From Candidatus Xenobia bacterium (GTDB taxonomy: Bacteria > Vulcanimicrobiota > Xenobia > Xenobiales > QWHO01): a stretch of DNA of 64,000 nucleotides. Location of the stretch: contig BTUM01000001.1 of assembly GCA_045863235.1 (NCBI GenBank), positions 256,001 through 320,000 of the forward strand, written 5' to 3'. Shown here one piece after another: positions 49,593-58,207 of the stretch. The notes beneath the pieces were generated by a model that was not told the DNA's origin, did not search any database, and saw nothing but the letters and a program-made list of their open reading frames with translations. The number at the start of each line of letters is the position of its first letter. The stretch's first letter is position 1. The position numbers were made by a program, and so were the translations under genes.

Positions 49593-50312
49593 CTAGGGCT
49601 TCACCGCCAGGGCCACCAGCGAAAGACCGATGGGCAGCCCCGGACCGAGCACTACCGGCACCTCGGCGTAACAAAGCTGCGTAAGAGCCCAATTGACGGG
49701 TCGAGAGGGGATGCTCATCTCGACATGCGGCCGGCGCGGCAGGAGGGCCACCGCGAGGCGCACCCCGATCACTATCGGCAGCACCAGCATATTGACATAG
49801 GAGGCGTGCAGCAAACGGAAACCCGCCCTCTGGATGCGCTCTACCAGCTGACCCCGATAGTAACGTCGCTGGTGCTGCACGATGCGGTCGTGCTCGCCAT
49901 ACAGCCAGGGCAGGGCAGGCGTGTAGATCAGCAGCGCGCCCGAGGGGGCCAGCACCCGGTTCCACTCGCGCAGCGCTCCCTCGTCGTCGGCAATGTGCTC
50001 GATCACGTCAAAGGCTGTCACCAGGCCAAAGTGGCGGTCGGGGAAGGGAAGCTTCTCGGCACTCGCCTCCTGAACCCGTTGGGCGCCCCGCTTGCGACAG
50101 TAGTCCAGAGCCTCGGGAAAGGGATCCACCCCGTACGTTTCGCCGAACTCTTCCAAGAGCATGAGATTGTAGCCCGTGCCACAACCCACATCCAGCACCC
50201 GTCCTCGGGGGGCGTGACGGCGCAAGAGCTCGAAGCAGACGGTCCGGCGGCCACGATACCACCACATGTCCTGCTCGATCTCCCAGATCCGATCATAGGC
50301 AATCGCTTCCAT
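49593..50312 (-). CDS. Class I SAM-dependent methyltransferase
   Basis: VLDVGCGTG and FDVIEHI motifs. Confidence 0.9.
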   Translation of the reverse strand: MEAIAYDRIWEIEQDMWWYRGRRTVCFELLRRHAPRGRVLDVGCGTGYNLMLLEEFGETYGVDPFPEALDYCRKRGAQRVQEASAEKLPFPDRHFGLVTAFDVIEHIADDEGALREWNRVLAPSGALLIYTPALPWLYGEHDRIVQHQRRYYRGQLVERIQRAGFRLLHASYVNMLVLPIVIGVRLAVALLPRRPHVEMSIPSRPVNWALTQLCYAEVPVVLGPGLPIGLSLVALAVKP

Positions 50313-50316
50313 CTGG

Positions 50317-52182
50317 CTACTCCATCCAGCGTTCGTGCCACAACTGAAACATCAGCATGGTCCACAGGGGCTTGCGATGATCCACCTTACCGGCCAGGTG
50401 TTGCTGCACCATGCGCCCCAGGAAGGCGGGGTCGAACAATCCCTGCCGACGCAGCCGCTCGGGCTCCAGACAGCGGTCGAGCAAGGGCTTGAGGTCGGTC
50501 TTGAGCCACTGGGCCACGGGAATGCCGAAGCCCTTCTTGGGCCGCTTGAGAATACTGGCGGGCAAGCTGTCCTTCATGGCCTGCTTGAGAAGCCATTTGC
50601 CATTCATCCCGCGCAGCTTGAGCGGCATGGGTACGCGGGCCAACAGCTCGACGAGAGTGTGATCCAGGTAGGGCACGCGCCCCTCCAGGGAGACTGCCAT
50701 GGTGGCCCGATCGAGCTTCACCAGCAGGTCGTCGGGCAGATAGAAGTGGAGGTCCAGATGCTGGATGCCGGCGATCAGGTCGAGCCCGGCCAGCTCGGCC
50801 CGATGCTCCTCGAGGGGGCGCCAGGTGGCCTCGTGAGGCAGGCTGGCCTGAAAGGACGAGGTGTAGAGAAGGCGCTTGTCCTCGGCCGTAAATGAGCCCA
50901 TCCAGTGGAAGTGGCGCGGCATGACGGGCTCACTGGCATGCCGAAAGAAGCGCTTGAGCTTGAAGTCGAGGCTCAGGTAGCTGGTGGAGACTGGCATCCG
51001 ATTGACCGTCCAGGCGGCCACCCGGCTCAGAGGGCGGGGCAGCCAGGCGGCTACGGCGTGGGCCGGATAGGTGGGGTAGCCGGCCAGCAACTCGTCAGCC
51101 CCCTCCCCCGTCAGCACCACGGTTACCGATTGACGCGCGTAGCGGCTCAGGAGGTAGGTGGGCAGGATGGCGGCATCCCCGAGCGGCTCGTCGAGCTGGT
51201 CCACGACAGGATCGAGCACTTCCAGCGAGGCGCGCGGGTCGAGCAGCTCCTCATGGTGCTCGGTTCCCAGCTCTCTGGCGACCAGGCGGGCGTGGGAGGA
51301 CTCGTCGTAGGTGCGGTCCTGAAAACCGATGGAGAAAGTCTTCACCCGTCCGGTGGTCTCGCGGGCCAGGGCAGCCACCGCTGAGGAGTCGATTCCGCCG
51401 CTGAGGAAGACGCCCAGGGGAACTTCGCTGATCAACATGCGCTGCACGGATTGCTTGAGACTCTGGCGCAGCAGCCGTTGCCAATCGCGCGGCGAGAGGC
51501 TGCGATCTTGCTCGCGCAGCTTCAGCTCCCAGTAACACTGGACCAGGTTGGTGGCCGGGTCGCGCACTAGAATGTGCGCCGGAGGTAGCTTGGAGATGCC
51601 CTCCAGGATGCTTTCGGGGGCGGGCACGTACTCGAAGGTCAGGTACTGGTCCAGCGCCACCGGGTTAAGTCTCCTGGCGATCGTGGGCAGCTCGAGCAGG
51701 GCCTTCAGCTCGCTGGCAAAGGCGACCCCCCCGGGGATCTCGGCCGTGTAGAGGGGCTTGATGCCCAGCCGGTCACGAGCCAGAAAGAGTCGCTCCCTTT
51801 TCCGATCCCACAGGGCCAGAGCGAACATCCCGTTGAGGGCCTCGAGGCACTCCACCCCGCGCTCTTCGTAGAGGTGCACGATGACCTCGCCATCGGCGTG
51901 GGTGGCGAAGCGATGACCCCGCTCTTGCAGTCCGGCGCGCAACTCCTGGAAGTTGTAGATTTCCCCATTGAAGACGCAGACCAGGTCGCCTGTCTCGTTG
52001 CGATAGGGCTGATGGCCTCCGGCCACGTCGATGATGCTGAGCCGCTGGATGGCCAGGGCTACCGGACCTTCGGTAAACAGGCCCTGCTCGTCCGGCCCAC
52101 GATGGTGAATGCGGGCGGCCATGCGGCCCAACAGGTCGCTCTGGGGAGGGTGGTGACTGTACCAGCCGCAGATGCCGCACAC
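50317..52182 (-). CDS. asnB: Asparagine synthase (glutamine-hydrolysing) family amidotransferase
   Basis: MCGICG, HRGPD, FNGEIYN, FLSGGIDSS and GEGADEL motifs. Confidence 0.92.
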   Translation of the reverse strand: MCGICGWYSHHPPQSDLLGRMAARIHHRGPDEQGLFTEGPVALAIQRLSIIDVAGGHQPYRNETGDLVCVFNGEIYNFQELRAGLQERGHRFATHADGEVIVHLYEERGVECLEALNGMFALALWDRKRERLFLARDRLGIKPLYTAEIPGGVAFASELKALLELPTIARRLNPVALDQYLTFEYVPAPESILEGISKLPPAHILVRDPATNLVQCYWELKLREQDRSLSPRDWQRLLRQSLKQSVQRMLISEVPLGVFLSGGIDSSAVAALARETTGRVKTFSIGFQDRTYDESSHARLVARELGTEHHEELLDPRASLEVLDPVVDQLDEPLGDAAILPTYLLSRYARQSVTVVLTGEGADELLAGYPTYPAHAVAAWLPRPLSRVAAWTVNRMPVSTSYLSLDFKLKRFFRHASEPVMPRHFHWMGSFTAEDKRLLYTSSFQASLPHEATWRPLEEHRAELAGLDLIAGIQHLDLHFYLPDDLLVKLDRATMAVSLEGRVPYLDHTLVELLARVPMPLKLRGMNGKWLLKQAMKDSLPASILKRPKKGFGIPVAQWLKTDLKPLLDRCLEPERLRRQGLFDPAFLGRMVQQHLAGKVDHRKPLWTMLMFQLWHERWME

Positions 52183-52185
52183 GGT

Positions 52186-54012
52186 CTAGAGGCGCTCCAA
52201 CAGTCTCTGGGCTGGCTCGAACCTCAGGCGGGCAGCCTTCTCGGCTTCGCGCCGGGCATCGGTTGGCTTATTCAAGTTGAGATACACGACCGCCAGGTTG
52301 TAGTGGGCTACCGCCGAGTCGGGCCGCAGCGCCACGGCTTGCTTCAAGTCCGACAGAGCCCCTCCTGCATCGCCCAGGCCCAGGCGCGCCTGGCCGCGAC
52401 CCAGGTAAGCTCCAAAATCGTTGCGGTCCAGCTCAAGTGCACGCGTATAGGCCTCCAACGCCGGTTGCCAACGCTTCTCGCGCCCCTCCAGCTGTCCCAT
52501 CAGCCACCAGGTCAGGGGCGAGCCCGGATCGTCACCCAGCTTCGCTTCCACTTCCGACCGGGCAGCCAGGGTTCCCCGAGGGAAGGGGTCCGCCAGGGCA
52601 GGATTCACTGCCCGGTAAGCTGGCAGCCCCAGCGAGCTGGGCACGTAGAGAACAGCCACGTCGTCGAAGTAGACGAGCGACCAGCGCGGGTCTCTGGCCA
52701 GGCGGCCGGCCAACCAGGAGTGGGCCTCGGATGGGTCGGTGTAGTGCAGGAGGTAGGCACCGATCGAGTACTTTCTGGCCACCTCCTCCTGACGGACCGG
52801 GTCTTGCAGCGCATCCAGGTAGTCGTGCATCAAACTGTCGGGGAAGGTGCTCGTCATGCCGTGAATCATGACCGGGGCCTCGCGAAACACCAGATAGCCA
52901 CCCAGGTGGTAGCTGTTGAAGACGGTGCCCGGCACCTGGTGGGCGCGCAGGAATTCCAGGGCACCTTCCGGGTAGACTCGCCGAGGAATGTCCCGGCGAT
53001 TCCAGTCTCCCTCGCCGGGCCCGAGCAGCAAGACCCCGAGCAGAGCGATGAGCACCACCAGGTTGAGAGACTTGCGATCTGGCACAGACGGGCCCCAGGC
53101 GTAGGCGACCAGACCCGTGGTGGCAGCTCCAAACTCGCCCAGGGCGCGACCATGACGCGAAGCCGTAAAGAGCATCCCGAGGCAGGCGATGAGGTGACCC
53201 GGACGAAACCGCCCCTGTTTCCAGGCCACCACAAACCCCCCCAGCATGACCAGGACGAAGAGGCCCGGGGGACCGAGCCAGGATTCCAGCGGAATGGGAA
53301 GCCACTCGATATTGTTCTCCATCATGGCTTTGCGCGCGAAGGTCTTATGAACATAGACATAGATTTCCCAGCCGCCGGGGCGGACCATCGCGCCCAGAGC
53401 CGCGGCCACCAGGGCATAAAAATACAGGCGACGAAACCTCGAGCCCACCCAGATGGCCCCCAGCACCGCCAGTCCTGCCGCCAAACCCGCGTGGACGTTG
53501 GTCCAAAATGCGTAAACGCAGAACATCAGGGCGGGGAGAAAGACACGCTCACTGCGTTCCTGACGCAGCACGAGCCAGGTTTGCAGAGCCAGCAAAAGGT
53601 CGGAAACCAGGTGGGGGCGCAACATGAACCGCCCTTGCACCATCCAGAGCTCCAGGGCCACCAGAAGAACCGTCGCCCAGGGGGCCAGGCCCGCCAGGCG
53701 ACAGCCAAGGCAGAGCACCAGAGCCAGGAGAGCCAGCAACAAAGCTTTCGCCACCGCCAGGCCTGGCAAGCCAAAGTGTTGATAGATCTGCCAGGAGGCC
53801 CAGGCAAAGCCCCACTCGTCGTTGAGCCAGTGGGGCGCCTCAAAGAGGCTGGAACTGGCCAGAAAGGTTTCCTGATGAGGGATCGTTCCGGTGCTGGCGA
53901 TCTCCCGGCCCATGCGCAGATCGAACCAGAGATCGTAATCCAGGGGGGTGCTGAGGGTGCGCAGGAAGACGCAGGCCACCAGCAACCCGATCAAGAGCAC
54001 CGGAAGGCGCAT
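52186..54012 (-). CDS. Polytopic membrane protein with C-terminal TPR repeats (GT-C-like N-terminus possible)
   Basis: DYDLWFDLRMG, RPHL and WTNVHAG motifs; many TMs; TPR tail. Confidence 0.75.
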   Translation of the reverse strand: MRLPVLLIGLLVACVFLRTLSTPLDYDLWFDLRMGREIASTGTIPHQETFLASSSLFEAPHWLNDEWGFAWASWQIYQHFGLPGLAVAKALLLALLALVLCLGCRLAGLAPWATVLLVALELWMVQGRFMLRPHLVSDLLLALQTWLVLRQERSERVFLPALMFCVYAFWTNVHAGLAAGLAVLGAIWVGSRFRRLYFYALVAAALGAMVRPGGWEIYVYVHKTFARKAMMENNIEWLPIPLESWLGPPGLFVLVMLGGFVVAWKQGRFRPGHLIACLGMLFTASRHGRALGEFGAATTGLVAYAWGPSVPDRKSLNLVVLIALLGVLLLGPGEGDWNRRDIPRRVYPEGALEFLRAHQVPGTVFNSYHLGGYLVFREAPVMIHGMTSTFPDSLMHDYLDALQDPVRQEEVARKYSIGAYLLHYTDPSEAHSWLAGRLARDPRWSLVYFDDVAVLYVPSSLGLPAYRAVNPALADPFPRGTLAARSEVEAKLGDDPGSPLTWWLMGQLEGREKRWQPALEAYTRALELDRNDFGAYLGRGQARLGLGDAGGALSDLKQAVALRPDSAVAHYNLAVVYLNLNKPTDARREAEKAARLRFEPAQRLLERL

Positions 54013-54055
54013 AAGATGGGCCTTCTCCGAATGTCAAAGCCTTCCTGGTGCGCTG

Positions 54056-54084
54056 TTGACAGCCCGGGGGGCCTTTGCTAGAAT
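54056..54084 (+). promoter_or_regulatory. Sigma70-type promoter of rplM-rpsI
   Basis: TTGACA-N17-TAGAAT with an extended TG. Confidence 0.85.
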
Positions 54085-54148
54085 GGGCAGGCTTTTGACC
54101 AGGGCAGGTCTTTTCTCTTGCCCCCGGTCGATTCCCAGGAGGAACTCG

Positions 54149-54589
54149 ATGGATACCTACACCGTAAAGACAGAATCGGTGAAGAAAGATTGGTTCATTG
54201 TGGACGCCGACGGTCAGACCGTGGGGCGCCTGGCCACCCGCATCGCCGAAGTGCTGATCGGAAAGCACAAGCCCGAGTTTTCGACCCACGCCGACGTGGG
54301 CGACTTCGTGGTAGTCATCAATGCCGAGAAAGTTCGTTTCACCGGCCGCAAGTGGAGCCAGAAGCTCTATCGCCGCCACACCAACGGTCGCCCGGGCAGC
54401 CTGTTCGAAGTTCAAGCTGACGAGATGCACCGCAAGTTCCCCACTCGCGTGCTCGAGCACGCGGTCAAGGGGATGCTCCCCAAGAACAAGCTGCGCACCC
54501 CGCGCATGAACAAGTTGAAGATTTACCCCGGAGCCGAGCACCCGCACAAGTCGCAGCAGCCCAAGGCTCTCGAGTATTCGAAAGGTTAG
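54149..54589 (+). CDS. rplM: 50S ribosomal protein L13
   Basis: WFIVDADGQTVGRLAT, GDFVVVINAEKV and AVKGMLPKN motifs. Confidence 0.97.
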   Translation: MDTYTVKTESVKKDWFIVDADGQTVGRLATRIAEVLIGKHKPEFSTHADVGDFVVVINAEKVRFTGRKWSQKLYRRHTNGRPGSLFEVQADEMHRKFPTRVLEHAVKGMLPKNKLRTPRMNKLKIYPGAEHPHKSQQPKALEYSKG

Positions 54590-54598
54590 GAAGTAATC

Positions 54599-55012
54599 GT
54601 GGCCAACCAGAAGTTCTCGATCGGTTCGATCGTCTATGCTGCCACCGGGCGGCGCAAGCGTGCGGTAGCCCGGGTACGCCTTGTCCCCGGCGACGGCCGC
54701 ATCATCGTCAACGAGCGCACGGTGGAGGATTACTTCACCCGCGCCACCCAGTTGATGCTGATCCGTCAGCCCCTGGAGAGCACCCAGACGTTGACCAAGT
54801 TCAACATCCTGGCTCGCGTGCACGGCGGCGGCGTCTCCGGTCAAGCCGGCGCCCTGCGGCACGGCATCTCGCGCGCCCTGGTCGTGTTCGACGAGAACCT
54901 GAAGCCAAACCTTCGCCAGGGTGGCTTCCTTACCCGTGACCCACGCGAGAAAGAGCGCAAGAAGTACGGAAGAAAGCGCGCCCGGCGCGGCTTCCAGTGG
55001 ACCAAGCGTTAG
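54599..55012 (+). CDS. rpsI: 30S ribosomal protein S9
   Basis: GRRKRAVARV, GGGVSGQAGA and LTRDPREKERKKYG motifs. Confidence 0.97.
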   Translation: MANQKFSIGSIVYAATGRRKRAVARVRLVPGDGRIIVNERTVEDYFTRATQLMLIRQPLESTQTLTKFNILARVHGGGVSGQAGALRHGISRALVVFDENLKPNLRQGGFLTRDPREKERKKYGRKRARRGFQWTKR

Positions 55013-55024
55013 GCTGAGGACGCG

Positions 55025-55055
55025 AAACGGCCCTGCAAAAGGGCCGTTTTTCTTT
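55025..55055 (+). terminator. Intrinsic terminator after rpsI
   Basis: aaacggccct-gcaaa-agggccgttt stem plus a T run. Confidence 0.85.
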
Positions 55056-55073
55056 GGTCGCGAAGGCCCGGCC

Positions 55074-56564
55074 ATGCGCGTGGTCACCGGCCAGGAGATG
55101 GCCCAGATCGATCGTCACACCATCACCGAGCTGGGCCTGCCAGGCCTGGTATTGATGGAGAACGCGGGGCGAGCGGTCTACCGAGCCGCCCGGCGCGAGT
55201 GGCCTCAAGCCCGAACCTTCAGCATCCTTTGTGGTCCGGGCAACAACGGCGGCGATGGCTTCGTGCTGGCCCGCACCTTGATGCAGAACGGACTGCTCCC
55301 GCGCGTCGCCCTGCTCGGCGATCCGGAGCGCCTGACCGGGGACGCGCTGGCGCATTACGAGCTGCTCTGGAAGTTTGGTTGTCCGGTCGAAACCCTGACC
55401 GACCCGAGCTGGTTGGCGGAGGGCGAGGTCTTGGTGGACGCGCTGTTCGGGACCGGCCTGACCAGACCGCTCGAGGGCGTGGCCCGCCAGGCGGTGGAGG
55501 CCTGCCAGGGGAGGCCGGTCCTGGCCGTCGACATCCCCTCGGGCATCTGCTCGCGCACCGGCCAGGTCCTGGGAGCGGCCGTGCAAGCCCAGCTGACAGT
55601 CACCATGGGCCTGCCCAAGCGCGGTCTTCTGCTCCACCCGGGCGCCGCCCATACGGGCCGGCTCGTTGTGGCCGAGATCGGTTTCCCCCCGGCCCTGCTG
55701 AGCCAGGCAGGCCAGGGAGAGCAGCTGGAGCGAGCCCAGATTCGCTCCTGGCTTCCCGCCCGAGGACCAACCTCGCACAAAGGCAGCTGCGGACACGCCC
55801 TGCTCGTGGCCGGCTCGGACCGCTATCCCGGGGCTGCTTTCCTGGCCACCGAGGGCGCTCTGCGTGCGGGTGCCGGCCTGGTCACCCTGGCCACCGCCCC
55901 CGGAGTGCGTGCCGAGCTTGCCTCCAGGCTCTCCTCGCCCCTGTCGCTGCCCCTCTCGGGCCCCCGCCTTCATCCCGAGGACCGCGAGACCTTGCTGGCT
56001 CAGAAGGTGTCAGCCTACCTGATCGGCTGTGGGCTCGATCTCGAGCCTGGGGCCGAAGAACTCGTGCGCGAGCTGGCCCGAAGCTGGCAGCCTCTGGTAC
56101 TGGACGCCGGGGCCTTGCGCGTGGTCGCCGGTCACGGTCCGCTGGGTGAGGGGCGCGTGCTCACCCCGCATCCGGGCGAAATGGCGAGCCTGCTCGAACG
56201 TCCCGTAGCCGAGCTGGAGGCGGACCGGATCGAAAGCGCCCTGGAGTGCGCCCGGCGCTATCAGTGCGTGGTGGTCTTCAAGGGGGCCCCGACGGTGATC
56301 GCCGACCAGGGCCAATTCTGGGTGAATCCCACCGGTACAAACGTGCTGAGCCAGGGGGGGACGGGGGACGTGCTGGCCGGCCTGATCACCGGCCTGCTGG
56401 CCCAGGGGCTGGATTGCCAGCGGGCCGCCTGCTGCGGGGTCTACCTGCACGGACTGGCTGCTCGCCTGGCTGGCCGCCAGATCGGCCCGCGCGGGGTTTT
56501 TGCCGACGAAATCGCTGCCCGCGTGCCCCGGGCCCTGCGCAGGGTTCTCAGAGCCAGGACATGA
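55074..56564 (+). CDS. nnr: Bifunctional NAD(P)H-hydrate epimerase/dehydratase
   Basis: LMENAG, GPGNNGGDG, DALFGTG, TPHPGEM and GGTGDVLAG motifs. Confidence 0.93.
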   Translation: MRVVTGQEMAQIDRHTITELGLPGLVLMENAGRAVYRAARREWPQARTFSILCGPGNNGGDGFVLARTLMQNGLLPRVALLGDPERLTGDALAHYELLWKFGCPVETLTDPSWLAEGEVLVDALFGTGLTRPLEGVARQAVEACQGRPVLAVDIPSGICSRTGQVLGAAVQAQLTVTMGLPKRGLLLHPGAAHTGRLVVAEIGFPPALLSQAGQGEQLERAQIRSWLPARGPTSHKGSCGHALLVAGSDRYPGAAFLATEGALRAGAGLVTLATAPGVRAELASRLSSPLSLPLSGPRLHPEDRETLLAQKVSAYLIGCGLDLEPGAEELVRELARSWQPLVLDAGALRVVAGHGPLGEGRVLTPHPGEMASLLERPVAELEADRIESALECARRYQCVVVFKGAPTVIADQGQFWVNPTGTNVLSQGGTGDVLAGLITGLLAQGLDCQRAACCGVYLHGLAARLAGRQIGPRGVFADEIAARVPRALRRVLRART

Positions 56565-57810
56565 GGGGCGAGTCGTCGTCCATAAGGATGCTCGGCGTCG
56601 CGGCCTGAGACAGAGCCATCTCCGGCTGCTCTTCCATCACCGTCAGCTCGCTGGGATCGTCGAGCAGCTTGCCGGCCTCCTCGCGGTTGACCAGACCCAC
56701 ATCCACCATGCGGGACAGGTGCCGGCCCAGCGTCTGCATGTTCGCCTGGCGCATGGCCTCGTGCAGGCTGGAGGTCTCGCCCCGACCGATGCAGTCGGCC
56801 ACTTCCTCGTTGCACTCGAGGATCTCGAAGGCGGGGAGCTTGCCTCGGCCGTCGGCCCGGGGGACCAGGTACTGGCACACAACCAGTTTCAAGACCCTGG
56901 AGAAGAGACGCAGCATTCGATTGTCATTGTTGTTATAGAAAACTTCGACGATCTGGTCCACTGCCCGCACCGCTGAGGGGGCGTCCAGCATGGCCAGCAC
57001 CAGGTGTCCCCCGGCCGCAGCCTGGATGACCACCTCCACCGTGTCCGGGTCGGGCAGCTCGCCCACGGCCAGGATGTCCGGGTCCTGCAGCACGGCCTGG
57101 CGAATCCCGTGGACATACGTCTCGGTATCCACCCCGACTTCCCGCTGCACCACGGTGGCCTTCTTGCTTTCGTGCCAGAACTGGATGGGGGATTCCAGGG
57201 TCACAACCCGCACCCGCTGCTGCTCGTTGAGGTGCGAGATCAGCGAGGCGAACGAGTTGATCTTCCCGCAACGCGGACGTCCTACCAGCAAGATCAATCC
57301 CTGACGCTGATCCAGCAACTGCTCCAGGACGCTGCCCGACAGACCGAGCTGAGCCAGCGGAGGAATGTCGGTCCGGATGCGCCGGATGGAAGCGCCCAGG
57401 AGCCCCCGCTCTTGATAGACGTGAAAACGAAAACCCGCCCCATCCATGGCGTAGCCAAAGCCGACTTCCATGCCCCGGGCCAGGGCCAACAAGTGCTCCT
57501 GATTGAGAACCTGCGAGAGCAGGGCCTGGCATTCACGCGGAGAGATGGCGTGCTCGCCGACCGGCACCAGCTCGTGGTTAATGCGCAGCATCGGAAACGA
57601 TCCCCCGTTGAGGTGCAGGAAGGTTCCCCGGTGCTTGACCATGACCGAAAGCAACTGATCCAGGCTGAAGCTCAGCTTGGGCTTGCCACTCTTCTCGGCC
57701 AATCCCTCCACAGCCGCCGTCAGGCGCTGCAGGGTGGCATTCAGTTGCTCGTCGAGACTCAAAGCCGGTCCCTCAGTTGATGTCGGCTTCCAGTTCTTCC
57801 TCTTCGGCAC
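56548..57810 (-). CDS. PilT/PilU-like secretion ATPase with degenerate motifs
   Basis: PilT-like features (QREVGVDT, QDPDIL.VGE, MQTL) but Walker A GRPRCGKIN and altered Asp/His boxes. Confidence 0.8.
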   Translation of the reverse strand: MPKRKNWKPTSTEGPALSLDEQLNATLQRLTAAVEGLAEKSGKPKLSFSLDQLLSVMVKHRGTFLHLNGGSFPMLRINHELVPVGEHAISPRECQALLSQVLNQEHLLALARGMEVGFGYAMDGAGFRFHVYQERGLLGASIRRIRTDIPPLAQLGLSGSVLEQLLDQRQGLILLVGRPRCGKINSFASLISHLNEQQRVRVVTLESPIQFWHESKKATVVQREVGVDTETYVHGIRQAVLQDPDILAVGELPDPDTVEVVIQAAAGGHLVLAMLDAPSAVRAVDQIVEVFYNNNDNRMLRLFSRVLKLVVCQYLVPRADGRGKLPAFEILECNEEVADCIGRGETSSLHEAMRQANMQTLGRHLSRMVDVGLVNREEAGKLLDDPSELTVMEEQPEMALSQAATPSILMDDDSPLMSWL

Positions 57811-58096
57811 CTGAATCGGGGTCAGCGCTCAGGGCCCGCGACAGCGTGTCCTGTCCGTCCAGGTTGAGGTGGGGGAAGAAATCGTCGTCCTCGTTCGCCC
57901 CGCGGGTGACCGAGATCTTTCCAGCCGCAATCTCCCACAGAGCCTGGCTGACCGACTTGCGAGCGTTGGTCTCGGCCAGCACCGGGCTGCCATCGTTCAA
58001 CTGCCGGGCCCGCTTGAGAGCCAGCGTCACCAGTGCAAACTTGTTGTCCAGGGCTTCGTTGCTCAGCAGCAGGTCAAGATTGGGTTCTACCAGCAT
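57773..58096 (-). CDS. rpoZ: RNA polymerase omega subunit
   Basis: NKFALVTLALKRARQL..KSVSQALWEIAAG. Confidence 0.88.
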   Translation of the reverse strand: MLVEPNLDLLLSNEALDNKFALVTLALKRARQLNDGSPVLAETNARKSVSQALWEIAAGKISVTRGANEDDDFFPHLNLDGQDTLSRALSADPDSGAEEEELEADIN

Positions 58097-58207
58097 CGGG
58101 GTTCCTCCAGGGGCTTATGGGTTTTACGAACCAGCGAGGATACGCCACATCGCGTCAGGATTCCTGCAGGGAGGAGGGTATTCAAGCTTGATAGAAATTC
58201 TTTCGCT

